64,000 bases of DNA from an uncultured archaeon (GCA_964486045.1 CAZALK010000001.1:456242-520241); one strand, 5' to 3'. Positions 10,350 to 21,256 are shown, counted from the first letter of the stretch. Notes: a model not told the origin generated them from the sequence alone. Translations and numbers: made by a program.

Positions 10350-10942
10350 AATAAATCAAAATCATTTTTTGAATTTATTAATTGTAATCTTTCAACTATA
10401 ACCTTAACTTTTTCACCTTTTTTCAAATTATATTTTCTTATTAACTCTTTTGTAATATAAATATAGGTATAGCCCCAACTTTTACCTTCACCGGCACATA
10501 GTATAGTTAGTTCGAATTGTATCGCACCATTGCCAAATTTATCCTTTTCTTTTATTTTACCATTACCATTAGCTAAATATTCCTTCACTATAGCACTTTT
10601 TATGATATCTATATTTATATTAACTCCTCTAATCTTCTTATAAAATGTGCTACTATCTTTTCTGATCATATTTGCGTTCACTAATGAATTAATTAGCTTA
10701 TTAAACACATTTGAAATATTAGCGAACAATCGTAAGCAGAATTTATCATTTTTTTCGTAAAGTATGAAATGTTTTTCAGAAAAATACCCTTTCGCAATCA
10801 TTATTACTTTAAAAAAATTAATCTTATTAATATAATCGGCAAAATAAACCATTAAATCAAATATATTCAGATTTTTATAAATCTTCTCATACCTTTCTAT
10901 TGTTATCAATAATCTTTTCTTCCTATTATTTAATTTTATCAA
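10346..10942 (-). CDS. Putative wHTH protein with C-terminal AbrB-like domain
   Basis: C-terminal YIYITKELIRKYNLKKGEKVKVIVE is AbrB-like. Confidence 0.55.
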   Translation of the reverse strand: MIKLNNRKKRLLITIERYEKIYKNLNIFDLMVYFADYINKINFFKVIMIAKGYFSEKHFILYEKNDKFCLRLFANISNVFNKLINSLVNANMIRKDSSTFYKKIRGVNINIDIIKSAIVKEYLANGNGKIKEKDKFGNGAIQFELTILCAGEGKSWGYTYIYITKELIRKYNLKKGEKVKVIVERLQLINSKNDFDLL

Positions 10943-11101
10943 TTTTCGTCATAATAAAATTTTTTTAATGTTTTGAATTTTTTATATAAATATTTTAATT
11001 TTTCCTGATCCGCAATTTTTTTTAATTTTTTTAATTTTAAATCAAGATGTTCCAAATCTTTTTTTGCCTTTAATATTTTTAAATCTTTTTTCGTCATTAT
11101 T

Positions 11102-14032
11102 TTATTTTTTTCTTTTTAATTTGCTTCTTAATTTTCTGTTAATCTTACTCCTATCATTTATTGTATTTTTGCCCTGAGTTACCTTCCACATTAACGCATT
11201 CTGATTAAATCTGACTTTTTTAAATTGCCATCTATTATTTAAAAAATTAAAAATAATATATATACCAACACAAATTGTAATAAACCAAAACCACGTCTCT
11301 AAATTAACAGTAATAGGCTTTGGAATCTCTGGAACTTCCGTTTTGTAAAAACCAAATTCAATAACTTTGTAATCATCTGTTAATTTTACATTTTTTTCTT
11401 TAATTAGATCTCCATTATTTTCATAAGCTGAAATTGTATAATTGACATCTTTTATCATTCTCATCTGAATTCCAGCGGTCGATCCTACGATAAACGAAAT
11501 ATTCGAACTACCTCTTTCTATTTCAATTTTAATCGTTCTATTAAAATTATTTACAACAATCAACGTATAAACTTCAACTTGTATATCATATTCATAAATT
11601 CCTGAAGTATTAATATTGCTATCGTACAATGTATATCCAAAATAGTCCTTAACTACTAAATTTATTATCATATTTTCAATTCTGTTAAATCCAAAATCAG
11701 TACGATTATTGTCTATATAGAATTTAAATGTATTTTCATATATTCCTAATCCATCATAATTATAAATTCCAAAAAATACATTTTTAGGATATTCTGGTGT
11801 TATGGTTGGTGTTCCAAACGATTCTATATGACTATTATCTGTCAGATTTATAATTCTCGAATCATATAACGTTGCATTTGTGAAGTAAATAGTTATATTA
11901 TATTCTACGTTTGGAAGGAATCTGTAAGTTAACCCAAATTGTTTTGGAAGTATCTGTTCCATCCACACACCCGAACCTACTTGAGTAATGTTTACGATAA
12001 TATCTTCATAAGTAAATTGATTTAAAATAATTAAAGAATAAATTTCTATAAAAATATTATATTCAGAATAAGCAGAAGCATCAATAGTGTCATTTGCTAA
12101 TGTATTATTAAAGAAATCCAAGATTAAAAGATTTGCTGTTTCAGATTGTATTATATTTCGACCAAAATCTTTTCTTACACCATTTATATAAAATCTCACT
12201 AAATCATGGTCTATTCCTAATCCATCATAAGTAAATAATCCAAAATAAATTTGGTAATATGTAGTGTTTATAGATATTATTTTATGTGTTGTAAATTCAA
12301 ATTCTAAACTTCTTGGATAATTATCCTCATGATTTGTATAATTTAAAATATAATTCCCTGTAGCAATGCTAAATTCAATAATTTCAATAGGGAAAATATT
12401 GCCTGATTTTTCAATACCAGAATTATTGTTTTTTAATATATAATCAGCATATTCACTTGCCTCATTTTTTATTTTAAGAGAATATACATTTAGAGTAATA
12501 TCTATAAAAGTCTCTTCATAACTATCATAATCTTTTATTAAAATATCAAAAGAGTCATAGATTTTAAATTCTATTAATGTATCATCATCTACATATAAAA
12601 TATGACTTGATAACCGTTCATTAGTGTAGGTAAAATTATCTAAAGTGTAATTAATATATGTAGTAAATAAATTAAAATCTAAATATTCATTATTAGAATC
12701 ATAATACGTTAAATAAACAATTTCAGAATCAATTCTTTCATAAATTAAAGTCTGTAATGTAGATGAAGTTGTTATATATTTAGTTTCCATTAATTCATTT
12801 CTTTCATAGATTTCTACTGTATAGTTATGTGGATAACCAATATCTAATTGTTTTCTTCCATTTGGTTCTACATAATAAACTATAGTTTCAGCATAACCTC
12901 TTTTAATTACTATTGAATCCACAATTAAATTCTTAGTATCATCAAATATTCCAGTAAATTCTAATTGGTCAACCGATATATTGGAGCCTATTGTAAAGGT
13001 TTTAGTTCTTGTGGAGAAATCTCCATTACCCTGACTTGAAAGAATATAACTTGCTTGTTGAATACTATTATTTCTTAGATTTAAATCAATTCTATTTGTT
13101 GAGCTTGTATTAAATTTAACTTCAATTTTATCTCCTTCCTGTAAAGTTAAATTAAGATTATTTAGACTTCTTAAAGTTAAGGTTTCTGTTTCATTAGTTT
13201 GCATATAAATCAGATTATTTCCTTGGTAGTTTTTTGAAATATGCCAAGCAGATATATTTCCTTCAAAATTTACGATAATTTGAGAAGCTTCAATTGTAAA
13301 AGTAAAATCTCTAAGATGTTTTGTAGTTATTTCAAGTGTGTTAATATCAGCATCAGTTAAATTTAAATCTGACCATCCTCCTGCGTATTTCCACACAAAA
13401 CTAGTAGAAGAAAACCAAGAATATATAGGATTTGTTGTTCCTGGAAGATTACCCGATACCTCTAATTGATTTGGTCCTGCATAAATTGTTTTATGATAAA
13501 TTGGATATATTATCTGAATAACCTTTCCTGAATCATAAGCAGATAAATTTATATTATCAAATGAATATATATCTGTTTGACCAGTTGTACTACTTATTAC
13601 TCGATTTCCATCAAATCCTACAGTACTTGGATAAATTACACCATCATCTAACTCATCGGCATGAACAGCAGGTGCAACAGGAATATCCCATTCATCAGAT
13701 ATATCTCCATCAGGTTCTATAACTATTGTTTCTTCAGTATATTCAGCGACACCAGAATAATTCATAAAAAGATAAGTAGGTGGTGCACCAATAAAATACC
13801 TTTCACTAACTCCATACAAACTCCAATTATCTGAACCTGCATCAAATGTTTCATTATAAAGATAATTATAACCAGCTGTTTCATTTATAAAATCCCATCG
13901 TGTAGATAAATCAGATTCACTAATGATTTCTATATTAGGAGTTTGTGCAAAGCCGTTACTAATAAAACTTGAAAAAGATAATATAAAAATAAATAAACAT
14001 AAACTTGAGCTTATTAACTTCTTATTTTTCAT
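11102..14032 (-). CDS. Large type-I membrane-anchored surface protein (putative viral spike/adhesin)
   Basis: Signal peptide, 976 aa beta-rich N/T/Y-rich ectodomain with internal repeats (FG.(F/Y).YDGLGI....(R/K)FYI...R.DFG x2), many NxS/T sites, C-terminal TM and basic tail. Confidence 0.65.
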   Translation of the reverse strand: MKNKKLISSSLCLFIFILSFSSFISNGFAQTPNIEIISESDLSTRWDFINETAGYNYLYNETFDAGSDNWSLYGVSERYFIGAPPTYLFMNYSGVAEYTEETIVIEPDGDISDEWDIPVAPAVHADELDDGVIYPSTVGFDGNRVISSTTGQTDIYSFDNINLSAYDSGKVIQIIYPIYHKTIYAGPNQLEVSGNLPGTTNPIYSWFSSTSFVWKYAGGWSDLNLTDADINTLEITTKHLRDFTFTIEASQIIVNFEGNISAWHISKNYQGNNLIYMQTNETETLTLRSLNNLNLTLQEGDKIEVKFNTSSTNRIDLNLRNNSIQQASYILSSQGNGDFSTRTKTFTIGSNISVDQLEFTGIFDDTKNLIVDSIVIKRGYAETIVYYVEPNGRKQLDIGYPHNYTVEIYERNELMETKYITTSSTLQTLIYERIDSEIVYLTYYDSNNEYLDFNLFTTYINYTLDNFTYTNERLSSHILYVDDDTLIEFKIYDSFDILIKDYDSYEETFIDITLNVYSLKIKNEASEYADYILKNNNSGIEKSGNIFPIEIIEFSIATGNYILNYTNHEDNYPRSLEFEFTTHKIISINTTYYQIYFGLFTYDGLGIDHDLVRFYINGVRKDFGRNIIQSETANLLILDFFNNTLANDTIDASAYSEYNIFIEIYSLIILNQFTYEDIIVNITQVGSGVWMEQILPKQFGLTYRFLPNVEYNITIYFTNATLYDSRIINLTDNSHIESFGTPTITPEYPKNVFFGIYNYDGLGIYENTFKFYIDNNRTDFGFNRIENMIINLVVKDYFGYTLYDSNINTSGIYEYDIQVEVYTLIVVNNFNRTIKIEIERGSSNISFIVGSTAGIQMRMIKDVNYTISAYENNGDLIKEKNVKLTDDYKVIEFGFYKTEVPEIPKPITVNLETWFWFITICVGIYIIFNFLNNRWQFKKVRFNQNALMWKVTQGKNTINDRSKINRKLRSKLKRKK

Positions 14033-14064
14033 TTTAATTATACCTCTCTTTTATATTTCTCATT

Positions 14065-14280
14065 TTAATATGATTTAATTTTTTTAATCACATAATATAT
14101 CAAAAAACTTACAATTACACTTACTAATAAAATTTCAAACCATATCTCATAAAAAAGATTGAAATGGGCTCCAACCCATCCACCATTAAATAAAGCATAA
14201 ATCAACATAGGTAAGAAAAGAACCCAACCACCTATTCCTAAAAACCATGCTATAATATCAATCATTTTTATTTCGGTCAT
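14065..14280 (-). CDS. Small two-TM protein (possible virion membrane or capsid protein)
   Basis: 71 aa with two hydrophobic helices, directly upstream of the spike-like gene. Confidence 0.5.
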   Translation of the reverse strand: MTEIKMIDIIAWFLGIGGWVLFLPMLIYALFNGGWVGAHFNLFYEIWFEILLVSVIVSFLIYYVIKKIKSY

Positions 14281-14443
14281 TTTTATCCCCTTTTATAATT
14301 TCTTCAAATTTATCAGGATTTTTCATATAATAATTAATTAAATTTCTCATAATCTTTGAACGAGATATCCTAAATTCCCATTTCTTATCTTCTATAAATT
14401 TAATCTGTTCACTATATAAATGAAAGGATGTTGATACTGCCAT
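14258..14443 (-). CDS. Ribbon-helix-helix regulator
   Basis: STSFHL...ISRSKIMRNLINYY pattern. Confidence 0.65.
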   Translation of the reverse strand: MAVSTSFHLYSEQIKFIEDKKWEFRISRSKIMRNLINYYMKNPDKFEEIIKGDKNDRNKND

Positions 14444-14654
14444 CGTATTTATTATTTTTATAATTAATTATTTTCCTATTATTTAATTGATCGTTTTTAT
14501 AATATTTAAATGGAATGCCCTAATTCATAGAATCCATATTTTACATGAATTAGATTAAAGATATAATAAAATTAAAGAATGTTATACAAGTATACCTAAA
14601 ATAAATATAAAATATTAATACAAAAACAAGGTTTAAACAACGATCCAAAAAAAA

Positions 14655-15953
14655 TTATTTTTTAATATTATCAAATTCTGCTTCTATTGCTTCCTTATAA
14701 GCTTCAGGAGGAATTCTCATATTTTTTTTAATCCATTTCAATTCCTTATCAAACTGTACTCTAATATCTCTCAATTCACTTAGAAAATTATTTTGTAATT
14801 TATGTAATTCTTCAGATATCCTCTCATTTCTATCTTTTATTTCTTTATTTTCTTGTCTTAGCTCCTGAACTTCATATGGTTGAATTATAGATTCAACACC
14901 CATCTGTTCTATATCTTCTTCATTAATAATATTTCCACATTTCCAACAGAATAGATTTTCTTGACGATTTTCTGCTTCACAAATCCTACATTGTTTTGCT
15001 TCTTTTAGTTCAGGTTTAGAAATTTCAACAACATTATTAGTCATGATATCAATTATATCTTTATCAACTAAATGGAAATATATTTTTGCCATAGTAGAAT
15101 CAGCAGACCAACCAGCAAACTTTCTAATTTGAGCTTCATTTAACTTAGTTCTTGCTAATTCAGTTAATCTTGAATGCCTAAATAGATGAGGATTAAGTTT
15201 CCTTCCTTTCCATTGTTTTGGATATTTTTTAATCAATTTTTTTAATATAAAAATCAAGTAGTTATTCACAGTAGTATTATTTTTAAAATCAAACAGCTTA
15301 TTTTCTGGTTCAAAATCATTAATTCCAGTATATTCTTTTATGTATGATGTGGCTTCAATTACAGGAACATCCCTTCCATAAGTTTTTGATTCTGATATTT
15401 TTAAAATAGTATATCCACGATTAAACCTAATATCCTTCTCTCTAATGTTAAGAGCTTCATCTATTCTTAATGCTCCTTCATATAAAATCATAAATAATGT
15501 TTTATATTTAAGATTACTGTATTTTAAAATTTGCTCTAAATCTTCTCTTGTTATTAAATCAATTTTGCTAAGTTTTTTGGTTTTTCCATTCATTTTACTT
15601 GGAAATAAATTAAATAAATCATTTCTTTCAGAATATTTTAGATATTTTTTAATTCTATTAACATGCATTTTTTGTGTGCCATTTGAAAGGTTATTCCACC
15701 AATCAGAATCAAGAAAATCTTTAATATCCTGTTCAGTAAGCAAACCTATATTATTATGTTTTAAATTAAAGTCTTTATTTTTTGCTCTCCAGCTTTCATT
15801 TCTCTGCTTATCAGTTTCAAATAATTTACTAATAGATATTAAATGGTTTAAAATTGTTCCATCAGTAGAACCTTTTAACTCTTTGTAGTAATAGTTTTCT
15901 ATATTATTATCCTTAGATTTTAATCTTTCCAAATATTTATTATAACTATCCAT
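14655..15953 (-). CDS. Tyrosine recombinase/integrase with C-terminal zinc ribbon and coiled coil
   Basis: GALRIDE (R), SKT (K), HLFRHSR (HxxR), AGWS, KIYFHL (Y); CRICE...CWKCG. Confidence 0.92.
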   Translation of the reverse strand: MDSYNKYLERLKSKDNNIENYYYKELKGSTDGTILNHLISISKLFETDKQRNESWRAKNKDFNLKHNNIGLLTEQDIKDFLDSDWWNNLSNGTQKMHVNRIKKYLKYSERNDLFNLFPSKMNGKTKKLSKIDLITREDLEQILKYSNLKYKTLFMILYEGALRIDEALNIREKDIRFNRGYTILKISESKTYGRDVPVIEATSYIKEYTGINDFEPENKLFDFKNNTTVNNYLIFILKKLIKKYPKQWKGRKLNPHLFRHSRLTELARTKLNEAQIRKFAGWSADSTMAKIYFHLVDKDIIDIMTNNVVEISKPELKEAKQCRICEAENRQENLFCWKCGNIINEEDIEQMGVESIIQPYEVQELRQENKEIKDRNERISEELHKLQNNFLSELRDIRVQFDKELKWIKKNMRIPPEAYKEAIEAEFDNIKK

Positions 15954-16070
15954 AATCGATCATATAAAAAAAATTTAAATATTTAAATGTAATTGATAAT
16001 TATAATGATTTTTATATAATTTTATAATAATTATTAATGACGAAAAAATGTCTCTGATTTTCTCGTAAAA

Positions 16071-17273
16071 ATGAAGTCATATATAGCAGATACTTTAGTC
16101 GGGATTTTCTCATTTGATGACTCCGGAAATATTTTGAATTTTATCGATTTTGAAAATAACAACCAAAAAATTATCCAATTTTATATTGATATTGATAATG
16201 ACATTATTCAGAGTATGTATGAAGAATTTTTATCTGAATTGAAGAATTCTGGTTTTGATAAGTTTGTATTTGATAACAAGAAATTACAAACACTAACAAA
16301 ACAATTAGGATATAATACATTGTTAGAAGCTGGTTCACTCGAACTTAAAAATTTTCGTTTAAATTTAGAAACTCAATTAAAAAACATGGGTATAAGTAAA
16401 ACTAAAGAGGAAATTCTTACACAATACAAAGAAATCAACGAGGAATTAACTAAGAAAAAAGTAAGTCAAGCAAGTGGTCATTCTGATAATATAATTATTC
16501 AGATCATCGGTACACTAGATATAATCAAAAAATCCATAAGCTTGTTTTCAAGTCAACTCAGAGAATGGTACGGTTTACATTTTCCAGAATTAACTGATAA
16601 AATCGTAGAAGACAACATGCTATTAGCAAATTTGGTTTCGAAATTAGGAGCTCGAGATAGATACACTTACGAAAATATTGAAGAGAATTTTGAGTTAAAT
16701 GGAAAAAAAATTAAGGCTTTACAGAGATTTGCTTTAAATTCTATGGGAGCAATCTTTGATTTAGGAATGGTCCAAGGTTATGCGGATCAAATCATTTCTA
16801 TAGATTCTTATAGGGGAGATTTAGAAAATTATTTAGCAGATTTAATGGAAAAATTTGCTCCAAGCACAAATGCGATTATCGGATCATTAATAGGCGCTAA
16901 ACTGATAGCCAAAGCAGGTAGTATGAAGAAATTGGCTTATATGCCAGCGTCAAGAATACAATTACTAGGAGCTGAAAAGGCGCTTTATCGTTTTCTCAAA
17001 ACTGGGGAGAAGAGACCAAAACATGGTTTAATATTCCAATGGAATAAAATAAGGTCAGCAAAAGCGCATCACAGAGGGAAAATTGCTAGAGTTGTTGCGG
17101 GAAAATTAGGTGTTGCTATAAAAGTTGATTATTTCAACGGAGAATTCATAGGAGATAGGTTAGGTAAAGAAGTAGAATTGAAAATAAAAGAAATTGAAAC
17201 TAAGTATCCAAATCCACCTAAAAAAGCAGAACCTGTAAAAAGCAAGAAAAAAAAGTCAAAAAAAAGAAGATGA
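16071..17273 (+). CDS. nop5: C/D box sRNP protein Nop5 (Nop56/58)
   Basis: REWYGLHFPEL, PASRIQLLGAEKALYR, PKHGLIFQ motifs. Confidence 0.95.
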   Translation: MKSYIADTLVGIFSFDDSGNILNFIDFENNNQKIIQFYIDIDNDIIQSMYEEFLSELKNSGFDKFVFDNKKLQTLTKQLGYNTLLEAGSLELKNFRLNLETQLKNMGISKTKEEILTQYKEINEELTKKKVSQASGHSDNIIIQIIGTLDIIKKSISLFSSQLREWYGLHFPELTDKIVEDNMLLANLVSKLGARDRYTYENIEENFELNGKKIKALQRFALNSMGAIFDLGMVQGYADQIISIDSYRGDLENYLADLMEKFAPSTNAIIGSLIGAKLIAKAGSMKKLAYMPASRIQLLGAEKALYRFLKTGEKRPKHGLIFQWNKIRSAKAHHRGKIARVVAGKLGVAIKVDYFNGEFIGDRLGKEVELKIKEIETKYPNPPKKAEPVKSKKKKSKKRR

Positions 17274-17291
17274 GGGATTTTTTTTTAGAAG

Positions 17292-17990
17292 ATGGCACAA
17301 ATAGAAATTAGAAAACACCCAAAATTTTATAACGTTTTTATTTCAGGGTCCAAAGAAAAATTGAGACTCTATACAAGGAATAGTGACAGGGGAAATAGAG
17401 TTTATGGAGAAAGATTAATTCAATATAGAGAAAATGAATACAGGGAATGGGATCCATTTCGGAGTAAATTAGCAGCCATAATTTTAGAAAACCCTCTCAA
17501 AAATTTTTTATCGGCTGACATAACTTGTTTATACTTAGGAGCTTCTTCTGGAACTACCATTTCTCACCTTTCCGATATACTAACAAGTGGAATTATATTT
17601 GGTATTGAATTTGCAGAAAGAAGCATTAGACAGTTAATCCAAAATACATCCCGAAGGAAAAATATTATCCCAATATTTGCTGATGCTCGTTATCCAGACA
17701 ATTATGCGAAATCAATATTTTCTACCATGGATATAATTTACCAGGATATATCTCAACCCAACCAAGCAGAAATTGCTTTAAATAATTGTAATTATTATCT
17801 AAGTGATAATGGTTTATTAATCCTAGCAGTTAAATCTCAATCTATCAATAGTATTCAGAAATCGGAATATGTCTATGCCCAAGAAAAGACGATTCTGGAA
17901 GAAGGAGGTTATGAAGTAATTGAGAGTGTTAATATTCATAAATATGCGGCAAATCATAGTGTGTTATTAGTTAAAAAAAGGCACGGTTAG
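17292..17990 (+). CDS. flpA: Fibrillarin-like rRNA/tRNA 2'-O-methyltransferase
   Basis: VYGE, YREWDPFRSKLAA, LYLGASSGTT, YQDISQPNQA; follows nop5. Confidence 0.96.
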   Translation: MAQIEIRKHPKFYNVFISGSKEKLRLYTRNSDRGNRVYGERLIQYRENEYREWDPFRSKLAAIILENPLKNFLSADITCLYLGASSGTTISHLSDILTSGIIFGIEFAERSIRQLIQNTSRRKNIIPIFADARYPDNYAKSIFSTMDIIYQDISQPNQAEIALNNCNYYLSDNGLLILAVKSQSINSIQKSEYVYAQEKTILEEGGYEVIESVNIHKYAANHSVLLVKKRHG

Positions 17991-18676
17991 AAAAAATCAT
18001 TAATTTTTTTGTTTACTAATTCTTCATTTACTAAATTCTTTGTAGTTGCCCAAGTTTTCCTCGCAATGGAGGGTACTTTCTGGTTTTTTCTAATCCAATC
18101 CCGAAGAAAGTTAATAGTTTTTTTATCAGAAGGGTATCCCGAGCCGAAGTCTCCATATTTTTCCTTTAGTTCATCAATTAATGAGTCTCTTTTATCTTTG
18201 GCAATAATTGAAGCTGCAGATACTATAGGAAATAGGTCATCAGCTTTATGCTTTGAAATAATTTCTTTTGGATTATAATTTAAAAGATTGAGGATAGATT
18301 GTGCGAATCTTGCTTCATTTACATCAACAGCGTCAATATAGATAGAATCAGGTTTTAACTCCCTAATAATTTCAGCCATTTTCAGCTCCTCCAGTTTATT
18401 CAGAGTAATTCTTTTTTCTTCTCTTTTATCAATTTCATCGGGAAGAACAACAATAACTTTAAAAGAATAACAGGACTCCTTAATTAACTTTGCTAATATG
18501 CTCCTCCTTTTAGTAGTTAATTTTTTAGAGTCTTTTACACCGATTTTTGTTAAATAAGATAAGCTGGATTCCTTAAAACATACACCACATAAAACAAGAG
18601 GTCCAATTACGGGGCCTTTTGGCATATAATCCAATAAGGATTATATTCTACCAGCCTCGTCAATACCACAAATCAT
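17987..18676 (-). CDS. rnhB: Ribonuclease HII; spliced CDS (exons 18676-18648 and 18617-17987), 219 aa
   Basis: ATG at 18676 gives MICGIDEAGR. After a 30-nt insertion the same frame continues GPVIGPLV...GVKDSKKL...KAD...VSAASIIAK...GSGYPSD. The ORF-track start (18634) lies inside the insertion and lacks the catalytic DE. Confidence 0.93.
18618..18647 (-). other. Putative 30-nt BHB mRNA intron in rnhB
   Basis: mRNA: GAGGC UGGU AG^A AUAUAAUCC UUAUU GGAUUAUAU GCCA AA^A GGCCCC; in-frame UAA. Removal restores GIDEAGRGPVIG. Confidence 0.88.
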
Positions 18677-18689
18677 TTTTTATTTCTCC

Positions 18690-19691
18690 TTAAGAATCTT
18701 GGATGAGATCAATGAATTCTTCTTCATCATTCACTTCTTCCAAATTTCTTATTTTTACAATGTGTATATCGTTTCTTTTTGGAATTCCGGGTATTCTAAT
18801 ATTATTATCAATGATATAAAGCGCATTTTTATGAAATAAATCATTAAACATCTTCATGCTATTAAAATTCATCTCATTGATGGTACTCTGCTCTTCGGAA
18901 ATATTTGAAAAAAGTGGATAAAATCCGCCCTTTTCAATTTGTTCAAGCGAGGAAAATAATGATAATTTGAAAGGAACTGTACGCTTTTTATACCAATAAG
19001 AAGACAATCCTATGTCATCAATAATTGTTTTTATGTGGGATTCAAATTCACTTAACTCTTTTTCTTCAGAAATTTCTTTATCAGATATCTCGTTTTTAAT
19101 ATTCCATTTAAAAACGTTGATTTTTTTGAATATAGCATTATTTTCCAAAATACTTAAAATTTTTTCGGCCATTTTTTCAGATGGGCACATACTTTCATTT
19201 TCGTATGCACTTACAATTCTCTTTGCTACTCCTAATTGTTCTGATAACTCTTTTCTTGTAATAGATTGTTCTTCTCTTATTTGTTTCATCAAATTTCCAT
19301 TCAAATATATGACACCACCCCCTCTGCGTGCAAGAATATGGGGAAAAATATTATTAGTAAGAATCTTCTCAAAAGTTTTAAAAGTTATGAATGGTAAACC
19401 GTTCCTTATATATATTGTATTAACTTCTAACTTTTGATACCTGTTTCTAATTCCTATTAATAACGGTTTGGATTTTAATATGAGAGAAAATGATTTGATG
19501 TCTTGGATTATGTCCGGATTTATATTATCAATATTGGGAAAAACTTTCACGCTAAAAACTGAATCGTCTTTTTTGACTAATAAATCAAAACAAAATTTGC
19601 TCTTTTTAGTAGCAAAATTTCCTAACACAAAGGTCTCAAAATTAGCTTTTTTCAGCAAATTGTTAATTTTTTCAATTACAGTGTCAGTCAT
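18690..19691 (-). CDS. Archaeal HTH-type transcriptional regulator (nuclease-like N-domain plus XRE HTH)
   Basis: CFDLLVK...VKVFPNID, ARRGG, ITRKELSEQLGVAKRIVSAYE. Confidence 0.85.
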   Translation of the reverse strand: MTDTVIEKINNLLKKANFETFVLGNFATKKSKFCFDLLVKKDDSVFSVKVFPNIDNINPDIIQDIKSFSLILKSKPLLIGIRNRYQKLEVNTIYIRNGLPFITFKTFEKILTNNIFPHILARRGGGVIYLNGNLMKQIREEQSITRKELSEQLGVAKRIVSAYENESMCPSEKMAEKILSILENNAIFKKINVFKWNIKNEISDKEISEEKELSEFESHIKTIIDDIGLSSYWYKKRTVPFKLSLFSSLEQIEKGGFYPLFSNISEEQSTINEMNFNSMKMFNDLFHKNALYIIDNNIRIPGIPKRNDIHIVKIRNLEEVNDEEEFIDLIQDS

Positions 19692-19907
19692 CTAATCCGA
19701 TTACTTAAAATGTTAAGTTATAAATAAATTTTTTTTATGATGTTAATGTGTGCCCACATTTTTAAATTATTTCAGTTTTGGTGATTTTCAATACAATATC
19801 GAAGAGATTTATAAAATGTAATGAGAGTATTTTTGATTTAATAAGGATTTTAACTGATAAATAATTTAAAAACATATTTAAACGAACTATATAGAAGTTG
19901 ATGTTTT

Positions 19908-21152
19908 ATGTTAAAGGTGACTAAAGCCGGTTTTTTACCGATAGAAAAAAGTGAATTTCCGGAGCTTGTTGAAAGGAAAGGTATTGGACATCCTGACACA
20001 GTATGTGATGCTGTTGCTGATGCTTGCTCGAGAGCCTTGTGCGCTTATTATCTTGAGAATTACGATCGTGTCTACCACCATAATGTTGATAAAGCAGCTC
20101 TTGTTGGAGGAACCGCTAAACCTGAATATGGTGGGGGTTTAATTATTCAACCGCAATATTTTTTAATTGTTGGAAGAGCAATAAATCAGATCCTTATAGA
20201 TTGTGGAGATGGTAAAAATAAGCTTGAATATATTCCGGTTGCTACTATCTGTATTGAAACACAGAGAAGAATTTTATCCGAAATATTCAGAAACCTCGAT
20301 TTGAATAGAGATATTCAGTTTGATTATGCAGTTAGACCAGGATCGATAGATTTAACAGGAGTTTTTGATGAATCCCATCATACTAATGATGTTCCACTTG
20401 CTAATGACACTAGTTTCGGAGTAGGCTATGCCCCGTATTCTGATGTTGAAATAATTGCTTTAGAGGCTGAAAAGATGATTAATTCAGATAAATTCAAGAA
20501 GAAATGTAAAGGTTCCGGTGAGGATATTAAAGTAATGGTACAGAGAATTGGAAATGAAGTTGGAATAACAGTAGCGGCAGCTATGGTTAGTAAATACATA
20601 GAAGACGCAAGTGAATATGTTAGTTATACTAACCAAATTAGGGATTCTGTTCTAGATTTAGCCTCAGATATCATTCCAGGACGAGATGTGACTTGTCAAG
20701 TAAATGTGGCGGATAACATTGAGAAAGGTATAATGTTTTTAACCATCACTGGTAGCTCAGCAGAAGCGGGAGATGATGGGGAGGTAGGACGTGGTAACAG
20801 GTCTAATGGACTTATAACTCCTTGCAGAACTATGAGTTTAGAGGCGGTTTGTGGAAAAAATCCAATTAATCATGTAGGAAAATTGTATAATATACTAAGT
20901 ACGGAAATTGCAAGAGAGATTTTTCAACGAGGTCAAGGTGATATAATTGAAGCTCAAGTGAGGTTACTCTCTCAAATAGGTCGTCCTATAACTGATCCGT
21001 GGGTGAATTCTATCGAATTAATTCCAGCAGAAAATGTGAATTTTGAATCAATAAAAAAAGTAGCGGAAGAAGTATCAGCAGAAAAACTAAGTAAAGAGAG
21101 CTTCCTCGACCTAAGAAAAAAGCTCATAGCTGGGGAAATTCAGGTATTTTAA
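19908..21152 (+). CDS. mat: Archaeal S-adenosylmethionine synthetase
   Basis: [46 protein letters not shown]. Confidence 0.96.
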   Translation: MLKVTKAGFLPIEKSEFPELVERKGIGHPDTVCDAVADACSRALCAYYLENYDRVYHHNVDKAALVGGTAKPEYGGGLIIQPQYFLIVGRAINQILIDCGDGKNKLEYIPVATICIETQRRILSEIFRNLDLNRDIQFDYAVRPGSIDLTGVFDESHHTNDVPLANDTSFGVGYAPYSDVEIIALEAEKMINSDKFKKKCKGSGEDIKVMVQRIGNEVGITVAAAMVSKYIEDASEYVSYTNQIRDSVLDLASDIIPGRDVTCQVNVADNIEKGIMFLTITGSSAEAGDDGEVGRGNRSNGLITPCRTMSLEAVCGKNPINHVGKLYNILSTEIAREIFQRGQGDIIEAQVRLLSQIGRPITDPWVNSIELIPAENVNFESIKKVAEEVSAEKLSKESFLDLRKKLIAGEIQVF

Positions 21153-21256
21153 AATTTTATTACACAAATTTAAATTTTTTTCTCATTTTTTATAAAATAT
21201 ATTTATGCATTATTCTTCCTAATTACTAAAAAAAACTTTTTTAAAGTGATAATTGA

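Larger units (their letters stand above)
1..15960. mobile_element. Integrated virus-like element (provirus), left end outside the window
   Basis: Almost all genes are on the - strand. A tyrosine integrase lies at the right edge, directly before host nop5. Cargo includes a spike-like membrane protein, P-loop ATPase, PCNA-like protein, Toprim protein and RHH/AbrB regulators, with no housekeeping genes. No att site identified. Confidence 0.8.

Noticed and set aside
15954-16070. tRNA/att site at the provirus boundary
   Set aside because: Only AT-rich sequence; no tRNA cloverleaf or matching direct repeat visible in this window.
20175-20235. Longer-than-usual loop in MAT (GRAINQ...EYIPV) as a possible intron
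   Set aside because: No stop and no frame-preserving BHB; this loop varies in length among archaeal MATs.
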